64,000 bases of DNA. Origin: Rhodospirillaceae bacterium. GTDB lineage: Bacteria > Pseudomonadota > Alphaproteobacteria > SHVP01. Both the position numbers and the translations under genes were made by a program. The DNA lies in NCBI GenBank assembly GCA_002722055.1, contig PBKD01000004.1:7049-71048 (forward strand), written 5' to 3'. Below the pieces are notes generated by a model that worked only from the letters and a program-made list of their open reading frames with translations, did no database searches and had not been told where the DNA came from. Positions 60,588 through 64,000 of this stretch are shown one piece after another (within the stretch, counting starts at the first letter, position 1; the number at the start of each line of letters is the position of its first letter).

Positions 60588-61558
60588 AGATTAAAATAAT
60601 CTCTATACCAATTAATAAATAATGGGACACCTTCTTCAATTTTTACTTTTGGGTAAAAATTAAGATCTTTTTTCGATTTTTCTATATCAGCCAAAGTATT
60701 TTTAACATCTCCTAACTGCATAGGCTCAAATTTTCTAATCGCTTTTTTACCTATATGCCTCTCGATTACTTCGATCAAACTTAATAATTTTTCAGGATTA
60801 TCATTGCCAAGATTATAAACTCTATGAGGGACTTTATCTTTTTTAGATGGACAATTATCTAACGCAGATATTGTTCCGGATACAATATCATCGATATAAG
60901 TAAAATCTCTGGACATATCACCATAATTAAAAATTTTGATTGGTTGCTCATTTAAAATTGATTTAGTAAACAAAAATAATGCCATGTCTGGTCTACCCCA
61001 AGGACCATAAACAGTAAAAAATCTAAGACCAACTTGATTTATTCCATATAAATGGCTGTAAGAGTAACTTAACAACTCGTCACTTCGTTTTGTTGCAGCA
61101 TATAACGAAACTGGTGTATCAACTTTATCATCTAAAGAAAATGGAGTTTTAGTATTACCACCATAGACAGAACTTGAACTAGCATAAACCAAATTATTTA
61201 AATTCTTTTTTGAACGTGCATATTCTAGTATATGCAGGTGCCCTACTAAATTTGATTTTACATAATCAAAGGGATTCGTTATTGAGTACCTAACACCAGC
61301 CTGAGCAGCTAAATGAATAATTCTATCAATATCATCAAATTTTTCTAGAGAGGTGAAAAAGCTTTTTGAATCTATATTTTCTTTTATAAATATAAATTTT
61401 TCAAATTTTGACAACCTATTTAAACGGCTTTTCTTTAACTCAACATCGTAATAATTATTCAAATTATCTAGACCAACAACATCTTCACCTCGCTCTAGTA
61501 ACTTTAAAGCAACATGGTTACCAATAAACCCAGCTACTCCAGTAATAAGAATAGTCAT
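60584..61558 (-). CDS. NAD-dependent epimerase (UDP-glucuronate 4-epimerase-like)
   Basis: TGVAGFIG, HLAAQAGVRYS, YAATK and RFFTVYGPWGRPDMA. Confidence 0.93.
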   Translation of the reverse strand: MTILITGVAGFIGNHVALKLLERGEDVVGLDNLNNYYDVELKKSRLNRLSKFEKFIFIKENIDSKSFFTSLEKFDDIDRIIHLAAQAGVRYSITNPFDYVKSNLVGHLHILEYARSKKNLNNLVYASSSSVYGGNTKTPFSLDDKVDTPVSLYAATKRSDELLSYSYSHLYGINQVGLRFFTVYGPWGRPDMALFLFTKSILNEQPIKIFNYGDMSRDFTYIDDIVSGTISALDNCPSKKDKVPHRVYNLGNDNPEKLLSLIEVIERHIGKKAIRKFEPMQLGDVKNTLADIEKSKKDLNFYPKVKIEEGVPLFINWYRDYFNL

Positions 61559-61664
61559 AATTGTACTCTCAAAAAAATTTCTATTATATTCAAGATAGCT
61601 ATAGTATATATTTTATACAAACAATTAATATAAAAAATTTTATAATTTAATTATAGAGGGCAGA

Positions 61665-62366
61665 GTGAATACCAGTAAGTGTTGTATTATTCTTGGAGCG
61701 GGACCATCAATAGGCCTCGCTACTGCAAAAAAGTTTGCATCTGAGGGATTCAATATCGCTCTTGCTTCTAGGAATATTAATAATTTAAATACTATTGCAA
61801 ATAATGAACAACTTTTAAATGTGAATGTTAAAACTTATGAGGTTGATGCCTCTAACGAAAGCCAAGTAATTAATTTTGTCTCTACCGCAGAAAGAGACCT
61901 TGGGCCAATAGAAATAGGCATATATAACCCAAGTAAATTTGTAAAAAAAAGTATTTTAGATTTAAGCGCTACCGAAATAGAAGAAGCATGGAAAGTCTCA
62001 TGCCTTGGAGGTTTTATATTTGGGAAAGAAATATCAAAAAAATTTTTATTAAGAAATAAAGGAACAATAATTTTTACTGGAGCAACAGCTGGAATGCGAG
62101 GAAGTAAAGATTTTGCAGCTTTTGCAATTGGTAAATTTGGACTTCGAGCTTTAGCTCAAAGTATGGCAAGAGAACTTCATCCTAAGGGTATTCATGTTCT
62201 CTGGGTGAATATCGACGGTGCAGTCAATAAAGAACTAAATGCGAATACTAAAGAAAATTTTTTAGACCCTAATGATATTGCAAGTTGTTACTTGCAACTT
62301 CATTATCAACCTAGAAGCGCTTGGTCTCATGAAGTGGAATTAAGACCATGGACGGAAAACTTTTAG
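61665..62366 (+). CDS. SDR family oxidoreductase
   Basis: GAGPSIG, FTGATA, F...KF.LRALAQSMAREL.P.GIHV and RPW.E.F. Confidence 0.92.
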   Translation: MNTSKCCIILGAGPSIGLATAKKFASEGFNIALASRNINNLNTIANNEQLLNVNVKTYEVDASNESQVINFVSTAERDLGPIEIGIYNPSKFVKKSILDLSATEIEEAWKVSCLGGFIFGKEISKKFLLRNKGTIIFTGATAGMRGSKDFAAFAIGKFGLRALAQSMARELHPKGIHVLWVNIDGAVNKELNANTKENFLDPNDIASCYLQLHYQPRSAWSHEVELRPWTENF

Positions 62367-62371
62367 AATAA

Positions 62372-62668
62372 TTATCCTCTTCTATTTTCAAATTCTTTTT
62401 GCTGTTCAGGAGAAGCTTCCTTTTGATATTTTAATTTCCATTCTGAGTAAGGCATTCCATAGACTATCTCTCTTGCTTGATCGTAACTTATATCTTTACC
62501 AATATTTTTTGCTTCACTCATATACCATTTAGACAGGCAATTTCTACAAAAGTCAGCTAGAAGCATCAATTCTATATTTTGAACCTCTTTATTATCATCT
62601 AAATGTTTCAAAAACCTTCTGAAAGTGGCTGCTTCTATTTTTATTATTTGATCATTATCTTCACTCAT
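62372..62668 (-). CDS. DUF1244 family protein
   Basis: EAA.FRR, VQNIELM.LA.FCRNCL..W and YGMPY; ATG 62668 after GAGGT SD. Confidence 0.9.
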   Translation of the reverse strand: MSEDNDQIIKIEAATFRRFLKHLDDNKEVQNIELMLLADFCRNCLSKWYMSEAKNIGKDISYDQAREIVYGMPYSEWKLKYQKEASPEQQKEFENRRG

Positions 62669-62735
62669 AATCGACCTCAAAAAATATTAATTTTATATAT
62701 AAGTGCAACGGACAATCTGACGAATGATGAATAGT

Positions 62736-62861
62736 TCAGCCTTGCCGTGCTTTAAAGCGGGGGTTTTTCTTGTTGATCACATAAATCCTACCTCTACGCC
62801 TAACCACTCTATTATCACGGTGACGTTTCTTTGCTGATTTTAATGACCTTAAAACCTTCAT
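62736..62861 (-). CDS. rpmJ: 50S ribosomal protein L36 (type B, zinc-free)
   Basis: [41 protein letters not shown]; true start 62861. Confidence 0.97.
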   Translation of the reverse strand: MKVLRSLKSAKKRHRDNRVVRRRGRIYVINKKNPRFKARQG

Positions 62862-62904
62862 TATTTCTCTACTCTTTATAAATTGATTAGAACTTCGTAG
62901 AACC

Positions 62905-62933
62905 AACTTATGAAATCGATTAAATAATGTCAA
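62905..62933 (-). promoter_or_regulatory. Sigma-70 promoter for rpmJ
   Basis: Minus-strand TTGACA-N17-TAAGTT, 43 nt upstream of the rpmJ ATG. Confidence 0.65.
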
Positions 62934-62992
62934 GAATTAAGAATTTAGGCCAATGAATAATAGACATAAACGTATATATTATGAACATTTAT

Positions 62993-63358
62993 TTATGTTA
63001 AATTTATAAAATAAGGTTTATTAAAATCAAAAAGTTTAATTATATCAATGCCTTCTGAAAATTTTTCTATTTCAATTATCCAGATATCTAAGTCAATTTT
63101 TTTCTCTTTCGCAATAAACTCAATACTCTCTGAGACATCTAAAAAAACACCACTTCCAGCAGTTTGCCAACTAAAGTTGATATTTAGATCAAATTTTGAT
63201 CTATAAAATAATGATTTATTTACTCGATTTATTATACGTAAAAGAATTTCACCTCTTTCACTATCTCCCTTTTTTACTATAGAAATTGGAAGAAAATTCT
63301 GATCGGCAATCTTAATACAAGCATCAACTATAATCTCTGATTTAACCCTATTTACCAA
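62993..63358 (-). CDS. DUF1491 family protein
   Basis: R.KS.I.V.A, V.KGD...G.I and D.DIWIIEIE; TTG start after AAGGA. Confidence 0.8.
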   Translation of the reverse strand: MVNRVKSEIIVDACIKIADQNFLPISIVKKGDSERGEILLRIINRVNKSLFYRSKFDLNINFSWQTAGSGVFLDVSESIEFIAKEKKIDLDIWIIEIEKFSEGIDIIKLFDFNKPYFINLT

Positions 63359-63453
63359 ATTATTCCTTTAATAAATATATATTTAATTAAGTCATATAAT
63401 TAATACGTTATTTACTATTTGTATATTATTTTTAACCTTTTTTGGATTTAATT

Positions 63454-64000
63454 ATGATGAATGAGCCCAGAAATACAGAAAAATTAATTAAGGAAATAAT
63501 AGCTAAAAAAGTATCTGAATTAGATTTGGACAATTTCAGTAAAAATTTTCCTAATTCATTACTAAATAAAAAAGCTAAATTGTTTCTATTTCAGCTTATT
63601 AAATCAATAAGATCTAGGTCAGCACTAGAGATCGGTACATACTTAGCTGGAACTACAAAGATTATTTCTGAAGCTTTAGGCAAAGATGGTTTCATTCTTA
63701 CAATAGAAGCAAATAAAAATAGGAATGAATTCATAAAAAAAGAAATATCAACTTGGGAAAAAGAATTCCAAAAAAATACAATGCCAGTAATCTCAACTTC
63801 AAATGACTTCTTTAACATTACTAAATTTAATGAAAAACTATGGTTTGATATAATCTTTATAGATGGAGACCACACTTATACAGGAGCATTAACTGATTTA
63901 ATTAATTCTTCAAGGTTTGCGTCTCCAGGAGGAATAATTATTGTAGATGATGCAGTTCAACCTCCAGTATTTAACGCTGTTAAAGATTTTCTTTATCTCA
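63454..64000 (+). CDS. Class I SAM-dependent methyltransferase (Methyltransf_24-like), runs off the window end
   Basis: Open frame from ATG 63454 with LEIGTY.AGT, FDIIFIDGDHTY and PGGIIIVDD; no stop before 64000. Confidence 0.85.
   Translation, partial: MMNEPRNTEKLIKEIIAKKVSELDLDNFSKNFPNSLLNKKAKLFLFQLIKSIRSRSALEIGTYLAGTTKIISEALGKDGFILTIEANKNRNEFIKKEISTWEKEFQKNTMPVISTSNDFFNITKFNEKLWFDIIFIDGDHTYTGALTDLINSSRFASPGGIIIVDDAVQPPVFNAVKDFLYL

Noticed and set aside
62862..62933. 24-aa N-terminal extension of L36 in the ORF track
   Set aside because: The TTG is the -35 box (TTGACA) of the rpmJ promoter; L36 begins at MKV (62861)
63591..63875. 94-aa minus-strand ORF
   Set aside because: Antisense to the motif-bearing methyltransferase
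1..64000. CRISPR arrays, tRNA/rRNA genes, IS elements, prophage
   Set aside because: No spaced direct repeats, cloverleaf motifs, transposase, integrase or phage genes seen by eye; intergenic gaps are almost all under 200 nt

Overview
A gene-dense, very AT-rich (roughly 30% GC by eye) alphaproteobacterial chromosome segment, probably from a streamlined marine Rhodospirillales-like lineage. This is inferred from the gene orders serC-serA-hisZ-purA, zapA-6S RNA-ygfA-ymdB-yebC-ruvCAB-ybgC-tolQRAB-pal-cpoB-tilS-ftsH-folP-glmM-thiD, tkt-gap-fba-thiE-efp-suhB, trcR, COQ9/rpsU and coxIV-pnt. The first ~8.8 kb is an accessory catabolic patch (MaoC-type hydratase, amidase, luciferase-like monooxygenase, hydrolases, GDPD, phosphatase); the rest is mostly housekeeping. 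I saw no tRNA, rRNA, CRISPR array, transposase or phage gene. Features absent from or truncated in the ORF track are a 6S RNA, a 42-aa cytochrome oxidase subunit IV-like gene, a 27-aa membrane-peptide ORF, a 3'-truncated methyltransferase and the N-terminus of a TIGR02444-like gene that has no canonical start codon. The best candidate for an undescribed system is a non-flagellar, non-Tol, ZorAB-like ion-motor operon (OmpA-like + MotA-like + long coiled-coil MotB-like; 41089-44405) behind efp and a catalytically degenerate suhB. The second best is a tandem PaaI thioesterase pair with complementary halves of one active site. All family calls come from motif recognition by eye; no database search was run.
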